Source: Oikopleura dioica
Lineage: Eukaryota; Animalia; Chordata
DNA length: 64,000 bases
Direction of reading: 5' to 3'
Assembly (NCBI GenBank): GCA_907165135.1
Contig: OU015566.1
Span: forward strand, 12,648,001-12,712,000
The notes under the pieces: model-generated
Databases searched by the model: none
What the model saw: the letters and a program-made list of their open reading frames with translations, nothing else
What the model was told of the DNA's origin: nothing
Translations under genes and position numbers: made by a program
Shown: piece after piece, positions 52,801 through 64,000 of the stretch
Position numbering within the stretch: the stretch's first letter is position 1
Layout: the number at the start of each line of letters is the position of its first letter

Positions 52801-52918
52801 CTAAGACTTGGGTTAGTTGAGTAGTTTCTAAGTAAAAGCTCAAAGATGAGTCTCGAAGGTGATTAGGACTCTCGGCGAAATCGGTAATCATCAATTTCTG
52901 AAATTGCGCTGTACTCAT
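49835..52918 (-). CDS. ZNF503: NET-family zinc finger (NocA/Elbow/Nlz; ZNF503/ZNF703-like)
   Basis: Exons 52918-52802, 50808-50089, 50011-49835, all phase 0 with GT-AG introns. Sp motif KCPLEMLQMTCAAIG, single C2H2 CNWGNCNEKFSTTEALGEHVK|EVH, and C-terminal ARYAPY motif. Exon 1 (MSTA..) is less certain. Confidence 0.88.
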
Positions 52919-54400
52919 TTATCAAGATAAAAAGGACAGGTATAAAAATGATGAAGGATCCAAAATTAAAGAATCAAAAACATTAAAATGCACTTCATGA
53001 TGAAAAAGGATTATCGATGAAGACGGAGGACTCTATCCATTTGTCTTTACTGACTGCCAAAGAACTTTAAGAATGATCTATTTGGCTCCGTATATTTCGT
53101 TTCATTCAGGCAAAAAAGTTCCATGGAGACATCAGATTTTCTTATCAACGGCCTATCACGAGGCAAACAAAGAGAGATGCAAAATATTGTAACCTTCAAT
53201 CACGGAGACGTTTTAGTTCTTGATACGGGAGTGGTATCGGATTGAAAGTCAAACTTTTGAGTCTTTGTTTTGATGAAAAATTTTCGAGTTACCGTAGATC
53301 TACGATTGTAAATCAATGGATCAGTTATAAGAACTTATTGATATGTATTTGGGGGCCCTAAATTAGGCCTACTAAAATAAACCTCAGCGAAAAATCAATG
53401 CCCCTCCGATTTTGTTATTCAAATCGGATATTGTGATAACCTACTTTACCGCAGCAAGTCAGTCTGAGAAGCGTGGAAATCAATTGACAATTGGCCCAGA
53501 ATTGTCAGCCCCGTTCTTCTCCCTTTTTTTTGTATATGGGCGCCTTGCGTGAACTCGTAAAACCACACCCGGACAAACAATTTTCTCAAGTAATCCCCTT
53601 TCATCGAGGTCAAGTCATGTCGACGGCGATGTTTGACATCACGCTGTCACCAGCAGCGCGTGAGTTAGGGAGAATTAAGCTACTAAAACCGTCAATCTAA
53701 AAAAAGGATATTGCTTGAATTTATGGAATAAGAAGTCTTTATTGAAGATTATGGAAGAAAATTTATGTAAATCAAGCTTTGTCTTCTTCTAAAGAGCCCG
53801 TACTTGCCATGGCTAGTAATGATGATAACGACGATCCAAGAAATATTGATGGATGGCGGCGGACAGTTTGATAGTCAATGATGAAGATTGACGGCGTCAC
53901 TGCGTCGACAGCGCGCAAAAAGCTCGAACTGAAGACATGCGAGAGTGGCGAGTTTTCCACCCCTTTCGGCCTCTGTAAATTACAAATCATGCGCAAGGCG
54001 GCGACAGGATCAAACGCAAAAAGGTTGTTTTTAGAGTCTGATTTAGATCCTAACACATTTTCAAAGCGATCAACTTGTTGATTGCTTTTTAACTCCTCAG
54101 TACACTTATGTCCCGTTTTAGCCCCTTCGTCTCAAGATTCAAGGATTACCAAGGTCCATGGTGCTCGAATACTTTTAGAAAATATTTCAAGAAAACGCCG
54201 AAAAACGCCTCCGATGGAAATTGACTTCCTACAACATAATTCGCGGTACAATTACAGATTGTTGGCGAGTGTCGGCCGCCCGTCCGGCGTTGCGGATTCA
54301 TTAACTCCATGTCAGCGACTTCCTCGTCATCCCTCCTAATTCATCATTCTTGGTCGACTTTCTCAGGAGCAATTCGCTGTAAAGGTGATCCTCCCCTCGA

Positions 54401-54847
54401 TCAGTATTCGCTCACGGCGGGAAATTCCGACCACAAATCAATTCGTTTCAAATCATCTTTACTAATAAAATAATCCAGATTTTCTCGAATCTGACGAAAT
54501 AAATTTACGGCGTTGTCTTCATTTCTAAGAATGGCCTTGGCAATAATCGTAACTCTTGGACAGTATCTTAATTGCATAATAGCTCGATAACCCTGCAGGT
54601 CTAAGAGTCTAAGATTAGCGTCAGATAAGTCTCCTTTCCCAGAAATTTCTTGGGTACAGCAAGATTGGCCCCTGCAATCCTCCTGACAAGCGCACGACAA
54701 TCAGTTTGAGTTTTATTGGAACAATATGTCAAACGAAAATTATCGTAAATCATTTCAAAGTTTATTCGAAACCTGGCTGCCTCTCGTCATAAATCGTACG
54801 GCGGAGGGGGACATTTTCGCCTTGCTGCTCAAATCAACTTTTGACAT
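54401..54847 (-). CDS. Possible small two-exon gene (118 aa), no recognised family
   Basis: ATG at 54847 preceded by AG, 75-nt exon, 90-bp GT-AG intron (54772-54683), phase-matched to the 54401-54700 ORF. Confidence 0.3.
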
Positions 54848-56500
54848 GTTCTTATTAACATTTTCGACGATGTTGGTATTTTTATGTTACAATAAATTTT
54901 CTTAGAAATCAAAAGAAGCTTCCAATGCGACTCTGAATTCGATTGAAACCAGAGTTGAATCTAACTGGACAGATCTGTCGAAACTTCAAAATTCTGCGCC
55001 TTCGTTTTGGAATATTTCAGCGCCGCGAAATCGACGGCTGCTTGTCGGTATCGCCTCGTGCTGACAGTGCTCGGACGTTTCGCGCGTATGACGAGTTGAC
55101 TTATCGAAATGTTAAATTTTGATCGACGTTCCATGTCAACAAACGACAGCACTTAGAAAGGCATGTTTGACTTATCGAAGGCGAAAATTATAGATCGAAC
55201 ATCTGACACAGCAAATCAAGCTTACGATAAGGAGAAAATAAGAATCTTGCCAGGTCTTTTACTTGCAGAAACGCCGGGAAAATCGACCTTCAAGAGTCCA
55301 ATCTGGAATTTCGGGCTATTGAATTCTCAAAATTATTTTACAATAGAAATTTTCTGTAGAAGCTGTTTTCGAAAATTTACGAGGAAATGAATTCTTAGGT
55401 GACAATTAGTAGTAGCATCTCCCTGTGTTTTCAAGCTTGCCTTTTTCAACTCTATAAATCCACCGATGATCGATGGCCTCCATAATCCTCATGTCTTACT
55501 GCTTTTTTTTCATATCCATGGAGATAAATCTAATTGACACTTTTTGACTGCTTACGTGAACTTTCACCGTGATTATGCGCAATATAACACTTTTACGAAA
55601 ATTGATTGTGTGACATGTTTATTGGCTCGGGATGATTATTCTCCTCCTCGTTGAAAAGTGCTTTTGGACTTCCGAAAAGGCGACAAAAAGCCGACAGAAC
55701 GCCGACATTTAGGCACCTTCCCCCGAGAGGACCTTTTCAGCTTTGTGACGGGAAAAGCCGTTACGAAAGCGTCTCAAATCGACAGACAAGGATATCTGAA
55801 GCGGCAGAAAATGAGGCGTTGAAAATGTTACAGTTGAACCATTTAGACGGAAGCAGCGTTTCTTTTTTTGAGCGAAGGGTTGACAGAATTGGCGCTCGGT
55901 GTTTTTTTTATCGGCTTTGTTGAATGATGGGCCGAGTAAGTTGCGCTGTTCGGGATGAATTATTGCCTCTTTTCGCACGGTCAATCAGCTGCTGCTTGAT
56001 GCAAAGGTCATTCAAATTACAAAATCACACACACTCCTTGAAACGGCGAATGTCAACGACTTTGGAGCATTTAAAATTCTACGGCTTTGATTTCTTTGAT
56101 TTAAAGATTTTTCCCCGCGAGTGGAGATTTACTGTCATTCGTGGCTTTCTCGCTATAAATTAAAAAGTTCGCTCTGGAATCTCTAAAAACTAGCAATAAA
56201 CAGATCTTAACTCTCTTTCAGAACATTGTCAACTCATTGTCTCAGGGTCAGAAAACCGCGGCTAAATTTGAATAAAAAGCCGCGGGTTTTCCGCCTCAAA
56301 TTTTGATCTACAGTCAAAGGGCACAGTAACTGTAGTGTGACAGTCCCGAACCTGTCAAATGTGGCAAACGTCAGCAGAAGCATTTGAAAGCTACTGTCAC
56401 GGACAGTATTTACCAAATCTGGCATCGATCAAGAATACGACATGAACCGAGAATGATACCGGAGAATAAAGCCCTTTGAACTTCTCCTGGAAAATTCGAT

Positions 56501-56858
56501 GAGTAGGCTTCACTTGGACAAGAGCTTCACTTGGACAGAGCTTCATTTGGACAGAAGCTTCACTTGGACAAGATTTTTACGAATTTCAAAAACGACTATA
56601 TATGAATAACGTAACTAATAATAAATTATTATGGCGAAATTTCATTAATAATTAACACTATAAGATGTTTTTCTTTATCTAAAAAGTGAAAAATACCATA
56701 TTATCACCAATAAATTTATTTATAAGATGTTTATGGAAGAAACTTGCAAATTTTATAAAAAGCGTTACTTTCTTCCTAAGAATCGTACGTAAAATTCGTA
56801 AAGAGGACCTTTAAAAAATCTTGTCCAAGTGAAGCTTCTGTCCAAGTGAAGCCTACCC
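56501..56858. mobile_element. Mutator-like MITE (358 bp) with 9-bp TSD
   Basis: Ends g(a/g)gtaggcttcacttggaca.. inverted, with tandem (A)GCTTCACTTGGACA subterminal units. Direct repeat AAATTCGAT at 56492-56500 and 56859-56867. Confidence 0.8.
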
Positions 56859-57628
56859 AAATTCGATATGCAAGTCTACAGTCGTTTTTCCAATCAAGAC
56901 CTTTTTCCAAACGATTCGCGAAGAATAAAACAAATAGATCAACTGAACTTGTCACAAAGTTTTTCAATCCTAGATGGATAAACGTTCAGTCGAGTGAGTT
57001 CTCAGCTCAATAAATCACTCTTTATAACCTGCTGATCTGCCTAGATCTGTCCAATCCAACTTCAGCTGCTCTGGCTTTTACTGATTGAATAAAACTCAAC
57101 AGTAAGTGCTGACGCGAGATACTTCCTAAATCATCGAGTGCTGTCGAAGGGCGGCCGCGCGAAATTTATAGTTTCTGACACTTTCACCATCGGCGCGACA
57201 ATAAATTAACACTTTATTTAATTCTATTTATCAATTTAATTGCAGCACTTTGGGCGCGAAATCGATGACTGGGACGGGGCGATTTATCAAAGCCAATGAA
57301 GATCTCGTCCGACACAAGCCATTTATCTTTTCTGGACTCTTTCTGATCATCGCCGGTTGAGTAATGGCAACAAATCGCGGGTTAGAATTTATCCAACTTT
57401 TAACCTCTAATTATATGCAAAAATAACGTCTCAGGAAGGAGCTGAACAGGGAGAATGTAGACTTACAAACAATGAAATGGTACAATCGACCTCGCAAAAG
57501 AAAAGAAATACCAAATTGTGCTTTATTCCTGCAGATTTCTGGTTTTCTCGAAAAAAAAAAATACAATATTTCTTTCAACAACGAAGTACCTTACAGGTTT
57601 TTCTAGGAAGAAATTACGTCTGCGAGTC

Positions 57629-58345
57629 CAGAGTTTGAAATGCTCGCAAATGCTCGCGAGCGCAAAGAGCGAGAGCAAAAATTTATCATTGCTCTGAGAG
57701 CAGGAGAGCGGGAGCATGAAAATAAAGTTGCTCGAGAGCCAAAAGAGCGCGAGCCCAAATTTGAAACCGCTCGCGAGCGCGGAAAGCACGAGCGCATATG
57801 TTGGCAATGCTCGGGAGCTAGACGAGCGGGAGCGGCTGCTCTCGTGCTCGCCATGGAATTGACTCACGAGCGGCTCGCGAGCAAAATTAAAGGAACAATT
57901 TTTTGCGTTATTATTCACTTTCATGGATAAATTTCTCTCGTGGATCAATTTTTCGTGTTTCCGATTTGTGCAAGCTTCATTAGGTCCGTAATCTCGGCAG
58001 CGGAACGCGAAAAGCCGAGAGTAAATAGATAAAAGATGCCCACCGCGAAGTGCTAACTCCTGTGAGAGGGACTCATTTGGAATTTGTTACGGGGTCGCCG
58101 AATCATTTTAGGCTCTTGAAAGCTGCTCGCGAGTCAGATTTTTCAGCTCGCGAGCCAATCGAGCGAGAGCAAAATTTGACCAGTGCTCGGGAGCCAGGAG
58201 AGCGAGAGCGCGAAATGAAATGTGCTCACGAGCGCAAAGAGCGCGAACGCTGAAATAAATGCGCTCGGGAGCACAAAGAGCATCATGCTCGTGCTCGCTC
58301 GCTCTCAAGTGAGCCGCTCGCGAGTCTCGAAAATTTCAAACTCTG
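57629..58345. mobile_element. Non-autonomous hAT-like element (717 bp) with 8-bp TSD
   Basis: Perfect 13-bp TIR CAGAGTTTGAAAT. TGCGAGTC at 57621-57628 and 58346-58353. Interior packed with GCTCGCGAGC/GAGCGCG motifs. Confidence 0.9.
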
Positions 58346-60396
58346 TGCGAGTCAGCAAATGATGTATTTTTAGTCCTAGAAAAGCCTCAGCTGACAAGTA
58401 AAATCATTTCATACGTTCAATATAAGTCAAATAAAATCAATCATCATCATAAATCGTAATTTTTCTTAACATCGGCTGGCAAGGAATTTATCATTTTAAG
58501 ATGACACTAATATAACGAAGTGGTGACAGGTTATGATTGATGGATCATTACGCGTTACGGAGGTGCTTCCGTCATTGGAGATCGACGAGTTGCCAAATTG
58601 ATTGATCGGGCTCCAGGAAGCTCCAGGAAGCGTGGTTTTTTTACGGCTATCGAAGAAAGTACTTTTGAGGGAGGAAAAATGATAAGATTGAATTTGCAAA
58701 AAGATATTCCGTTTCCCGGATATCCTTATTTTAAAATTTCCTGGGTCCATTTGTAGCAATTCAAGGCAGTTGGATTGGAAACCTTCGAAGCTTTTGCAGT
58801 CTTGATTGAAAGGCAAAATTTCATTTCACTAGCCAGATGCCGGCAAGACAACAAAAAAACTTTATGGGTGGTGAGTGCAGGTGGCGGGATGAGAGAGCGA
58901 GTCCCAACTGCCATCGACGAAGAGACAGATTTACGCGAGGAGATCTAACTTGCCATAACTGTCAGAGCGTCAATATCGATGAGTTTGCCCAAATAAACCG
59001 ACGCATATGCCACTAGTTGTCAACCCGCAAACGGGCAATTTGCACATCACAAAGCTGGACTCGTCAAATAACCCGAAAATATGTAAATTCGTATCGACCT
59101 GGGAAGGAGAAAATCTTTACTTATTAGCTGTGAGAAGTTATGGACGGAAGGTGTCAATAAGCCTTTCTTTGCGAGCCAATATATCAATAAAAATGTCCTG
59201 ATCTATAAATTGGATTTGCAGTCCGTTTTCAGACAGCAAAGAAAACTAGACTTAGCGATATGTTAAACCCTGCTGTTTGCTGATTACTTTTGTTACAGTA
59301 TCGAGCAATTCCTGAGTCGCAAATCTCACGGCGCAATAATTGCATTTGATTTACGCGCGCAACGGGTGAACCATAATAGTTGAGTTACTGCCCGTCCACT
59401 TATCCCTTCGTAAATCTGGCTCCCCAAAAAAGTTCAAGCCCGTCAAAGATGAAACGCGCGCCGTTTCGTAAATCTGTTTCACGCTGCCTTTGGAAGACAG
59501 AGAGACGTTTGGGCACATGCCTTTCTCGACCGTAAATCGCCACTTTGGACAAGTCTGATGACATTTGCAGGTTGTCGCGTTGTCGACGGCGGTGGCGATT
59601 GAAGATCAATCAGCGGGGAGAGCACCAATTTCCAAAAATTTAGGGGAAATGTCAAGCGTAATTTCAAACCAGTGAAATCTTTATTGTCCGCCACAGGAAT
59701 TTTCCTCGTCACTTTTTTCGTAACAACGAGCTTGTATCTTCTTGAACAACAAAAGAGAGGACGATTGCCTGAGAAATATCACATACTGTCTGGAAATATA
59801 TTATATTATGTCTCTGTCCCCTCGTGGCGGTTATAAAGTCGTAAGAAAGGCCAATCCACGTGACTACTTACCACTTTGAAAATATACCAAAATGAAGCAT
59901 GAAATTTTGAAGTAACAAACTAAACTGTACAGAGCAAAAAATAATGATACGAGAAAGATTCAAACCAGCGATTTACACCTTTTTAGCGGCTTTTTGCCAG
60001 CCTATCATCATTTACAGGTAATTTGACAATCACAGATGATGAAATAAACAACCCAAAGGTTGACAGGCGACAAAAGACTTCTCAGGTGTTATGGACTTCT
60101 CGCCACGGCCTCTTTTCTTTGCGGTTTTATTATTCCAAGGGATAGGGTTGAATTATATCTTGCAAATCTTCAAAACTACTTTTGAAAAATATTTAGTTTA
60201 ATTCGTTTGAATATTATAAAAAATTTAACATTTGTGACACAAGTCAGAGAGATTATTCGGGCAGTTTATCCTTCTAGAATTTAGTCCCTCTTTTTCGTTA
60301 CTAAAAAATTAAAAACGTAGATAATTAAGGCCTCTTCTGGTCTTCAATTTCAATTTTCATCCAGTTAAAAGACGAGGCTATTTCCTCGAGAACGAA

Positions 60397-60651
60397 GTGT
60401 TCTACTTCTCCGACTTCTTCTTCGAATGCGGACCCTACATCCTCTTCACCATTTTCCTCATCTCAACAGTCTTCTACCTCCGATTCCTCTACCTCATCTC
60501 CATTGAGCATTCCGACTTATCAAAAGACCTTACCTTCAAAGCCAAATTCGTCCGGATTCTGCAATGCATTTTCTTTCCGGAAATAATAGTCTGTAGAATT
60601 GCCAAAAACAAAATCGCCAAGAAGCCTGACGTTTTACTGCCAACATTATAG
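60397..60651 (+). CDS. Possible small membrane protein or exon
   Basis: 84-aa ORF (GTG start) with a hydrophobic stretch YILFTIFLISTVFYLRFLYLIS and C-ending codons. No ATG or family match. Confidence 0.3.
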   Translation: MFYFSDFFFECGPYILFTIFLISTVFYLRFLYLISIEHSDLSKDLTFKAKFVRILQCIFFPEIIVCRIAKNKIAKKPDVLLPTL

Positions 60652-61982
60652 TTTATAAAATAAATGAAAATAAGTTGAAATAAGCTCGGAAGTTTTGTGT
60701 TAATTGGCACGGGCGCCAGTTTGATGGATCTGCTTCGGAAGCGCGCTGGACACGATGAACATGCTCGATCGAGAAGGGCCAGATGGGCGATGGAGACGGA
60801 TCGGGACAAGGAAGCTTCCGACTCCCTAATAGAAGACTTTTGATGAAGATCGACCAATTCTACTTTTTTGCCGTTGACGATTATATAGCGTGATTGGTCG
60901 CCTTAGCACTTTCGTCGAGAGACTACGGCACCGATATGTATCGATTAGCAACAGTTGATTGGCAGCTTCCGAATTAATTACAAAATCCGACAACTCCGCG
61001 CGCTCAAAAGGATGAATAAGCGTCCCGATGCCCTGGCCTGTCGCCTGATCCATCACACGTTTGGTTTAGTTTTTGGCCCCATAATGAGACCAGTCAGATA
61101 TCCACAGTCGCCCACACTGTGGTCAACGGGTTCATCAGGGCACACGCTACGACTAATCAAAGGCCAATTAAGGAGATTGATTGTTTAATGAGATTTTAAA
61201 CGAGAAATTTGAATAAGAAAAACGAACCTATCTAGACATAAGTATGAGAATTAATCGACAGCGACGAGAAACTACTAATATAAATCAATGCCGATTTCGA
61301 TAATTTATCGACACGATATAATTTGAATGAAAGGGGAAAGTAGTTTGACAGGTTTAATAGCTTCTTGAGTTATATGAAGCTCTAAATATAATTGACGAGC
61401 GCACATTTTACCTTTCTTATATCTTTGCATCGTAAATCACACCTGTGCTTACCAGTGAGCAACCAAGGGCGAGCGTAAATCATTGAATTTATATTCCTTT
61501 CCGCTACTTTTCGTTGAAATCAGCGAGAATGCCCTGCAAAGTCGATGATTTGAACATGTGAGAAGGTCTCAGCGCAGTATCTCACATAAAAAGGGTTGAT
61601 ATTGTCCGTATGTAATTTAATTAATAGAAGAAATAGACAGAATCAAGAATACATCCAGATCTACAGTTGTAGTACTTTGATAAGACGTGGTATTTTTGAA
61701 GGAACTCTCCGGGAAGACATTTTGAGTTTGAGGCAGTTTATCTGGATTGGTAAAAATAGGTCAATTTACATAAAGATTGGCGTAAGCATTGGCTTCTTGA
61801 ACAGGTCTCTTACTCTGCGGTAATTTTAAATCTCAGTATCTTCCAGCAACACCTTAAAACTAGACAAACTTCATCCTCATTTACTATTCCAAGAACAATT
61901 CCGATAAATAGTCTTGTTAGAAGTTTATTTCAATCGTGCTTTTTAGTTTGGTAGTTTGCTACAAAGGGATAAAAAGAAATTC

Positions 61983-64000
61983 TTAGGAATTATGCGGCTT
62001 TTTCTCTTCTTACCGCGGTCAAATCTTCTGGATCGGTCGAGACTTTCTTTGAAGATTTGTAGTAAAAGACCTGAACGACTGTAAGAGAGATTTTCAAGGT
62101 ATTCTACCTGGCAGATGATAAGGCAATCGACTGTAACTTGGATTGAGCCACAGAGAATAAATTGGAAAGGCTGATTCAGAAAGACGAAATATCCTGTTTT
62201 GAAGATATCCCCAACGAGCCAGCCGAGAACCATGAACATTGACATTCCAGTCGCTAAAATAACTGTAAAAGGGTTCCCAAGCTACTTGTCTTACTTGAAC
62301 TATTCTGGTAGTTTTTCCATAGCTGAGGCGTGGCAAGAAGGGATTCTGTTCCTAGCGCGAGGAAACCAAGGATATTGAAGTAACTGGCTACAATTGAGTT
62401 TGGGAGTTGAAATATTCACGATACTCTTACGTGAGTGAAGAAAAACATAAGTGGTAAATGCAACAACGATCCAAAAAAGAACCATGAACTGGAGGTAATC
62501 AACAAAATACGTCCAGTTCCAGAACTCCTCTGGTTTCAGGCAGGGCTGCACAATTGGATTGGAATCCAATTGGTTTCCAATTCCAATTGGATTGGATTGG
62601 TAAATTGGTTGGAAAAAGGGCGGGAAAATCAGGGTCTGTCCAATTGGACAGCCCTTCCAATTGGAAAATGGGGGTCCAATTGGCAACTGGTAGCCAATTG
62701 GTAAATTGGCAAAATGATTGGATCGAAGCACCTCTTTTCACGCGGAAATGCCAAATTATGCTTGAATTAGTGCCTCAAACGATCAGTTCGTCAACAATTT
62801 TCTCAAAAAATCGAAAATTTCAAAACAGCCATATTTTGGCTTCTTAGTGTGCCTGAAAGTTCAATTCATCATAAAAACTTGTTGACCAGGGAGCACTTTT
62901 TGACCAATAAAAATCCAAAATTTTAGCGAAATTGGGACTTTTTCGTCAAAAAGTCCGATTTTCAAACGCGATTTTGAGGGCTTGCCAAACTGCCTGAAAG
63001 CGCCTATATTGCCCAAATGTCCGAAATGCCCGCTCTTGCCCGGCCAAATTTTATGGGCTTAGCTGTCCGAATGCTCGGCCGAACCCTTTTTCCCCGAATG
63101 CCCGATGCCGATTCGCTTTAACCCCTATACGCGAAGCTGCCTAAAGAACCCCCTTACCCGAAGTGTACAATTTTTGTCGATTTGGCCTTCCTCTCAAGAT
63201 AATCTTTTCAAAGTATCAGATTATACTAAATCTATCATTATCTTTCGAACTGCACTTTTACATTTTCGGTAAAATTGATATTTAGTGCTAAAATTGGGGA
63301 AAGAAATTTTAACACTATAAAATTTATTATGTGATAATTATGAAAAATACTCATCTGAGCCATTTTTAACGGTGATTTTCGAATTCTCCATACTAAAAAA
63401 CCTAAGAATAAACTAAAACTGAAGCAAAAATGAGAAAAGGGAATTTTTTTCTTCCTTGGAGCGCGCGAGGTGGCGTGAGAAAATCAGTACTGGTGCAGTG
63501 CTCACTGGGCTTATCACGCGGAAATTTTGCGGAAAGGTGGGCAAGTCTTGTGCAAATACTCATTTGAGTTTTCAGGTCATTCTGACCCACCAGCTCCATT
63601 GGGCGAGCGACTATATCCCGAAATCGACAAAAATTGTACACTTCGGGTATAGGGGTTAAAAATTCTCTCGTTTGTTAATTTTAAAGGATTATTTAAAAAT
63701 TTTAATTTAAAATTTAAATGAACTAAAAAAAAACTGACTTTTCCAATTAGAATCCGATTTTCAATTGGAATTTGGCTGTCCAATTGGCAAACTCGTGCTA
63801 ATTGGAAGCAAGATTCCAATTGCCGATTGGTCCGCCAAATTCCAATTGGAAATTGGAATTGGATTGGAATTTGGTTGGATTGGCAAAATTTGGGTTGGAT
63901 TGGATTGGCAGTTGGTTGGAAAAATCCAAATTTTTTTGCCAATTGTGCAGCCCTGGTTTCAGGTCGGCCATATATCGCTCAGAGCCATTTTTCTTGCTGT
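61983..64000 (-). CDS. SLC66A2: PQ-loop repeat protein PQLC1/SLC66A2, 3' part (5' runs off window), interrupted by a hAT-like element
   Basis: ERYMADLKP|EEFWNWTYFVDYLQF..ILGFLALGTESLLATPQLWKNY..GMSMFMVLGWLVGDIFKTGYF..QFILCGSIQVTVDCLII matches the PQLC1 second PQ-loop as recalled. Confidence 0.88.
62541..63955. mobile_element. Non-autonomous hAT-like element (1415 bp) with 8-bp TSD, composite
   Basis: Perfect 17-bp TIR CAGGGCTGCACAATTGG. GTTTCAGG at 62533-62540 and 63956-63963. Arms of ~200 bp rich in CCAATTGG/GATTGG repeats. Confidence 0.93.
63122..63655. mobile_element. piggyBac-like MITE nested in the hAT element
   Basis: TTAA at 63118-63121 and 63656-63659. Termini CCCCTATAC(G/C)CGAAG, and shared inner block ccgaagtgtacaatttttgtcgattt in inverted orientation. 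Confidence 0.8.

Larger units (their letters stand above)
50950..61482. promoter_or_regulatory. Candidate cis-regulatory region of the NET gene (intron 1 and upstream), enriched in TGATTTAC and TGACAG
   Basis: Nine exact TGATTTAC sites and about 18 TGACAG sites counted by eye on both strands in a gene-poor stretch. Confidence 0.5.

Noticed and set aside
52451-52801. Remainder of the 155-aa ORF 52451-52918 as coding
   Set aside because: A strong GTAAG donor at 52801 in phase with the NET exon 2 indicates this part is intronic.
57523-58308. ORFs 57523, 57603, 57640, 58050 and 58108 (ERE/ARE-rich)
   Set aside because: Translation artefacts of GAGCGC/GCTCGC repeats inside the hAT-like MITE.
62300-63942. 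ORFs rich in N/W/P/I/G (62300, 62499, 62554, 63577 etc.)
   Set aside because: Mostly derive from CCAATTGG repeat arms of the hAT element. Only the PQLC1-frame parts outside the element are coding.

Overview
Eukaryotic, very compact animal DNA. Introns are mostly about 35-60 bp, genes are packed into same-strand clusters about 100-500 bp apart with an AG just before the ATG, and several introns need GA-AG or GG-AG boundaries. This architecture points to a larvacean tunicate such as Oikopleura (inference). Gene names come from recalled motif similarity, not database searches. Genes recognised after manual splicing: a vWD-domain gene 3' end, an RS-rich protein, SETD2, RASSF7/8, TDG, CTDSPL2, an IFI44-like P-loop protein, sideroflexin, Claspin (with a 3-exon antisense gene nested in one intron), BBS7 (with a tRNA-Met inside an intron), CLP1-TIMM8-SMIM8-ATP5ME-CLASRP (putative operon), a NET-family zinc finger (ZNF503/703-like) with a flanking noncoding region rich in TGATTTAC/TGACAG motifs, and PQLC1/SLC66A2. 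Non-autonomous DNA transposons with intact TIRs and TSDs: three hAT-like, one Tc1-like, one Mutator-like, one piggyBac-like. Main discovery candidate: two hAT-like elements sharing the terminus CAGGGCTG sit inside coding exons (RS gene and PQLC1). In both, a non-canonical donor from the TIR (CAG|GG) plus an AG at the duplicated target restores the reading frame. This suggests an orientation-independent hAT 'introner' creating GG-AG introns. No CRISPR or rRNA was seen.
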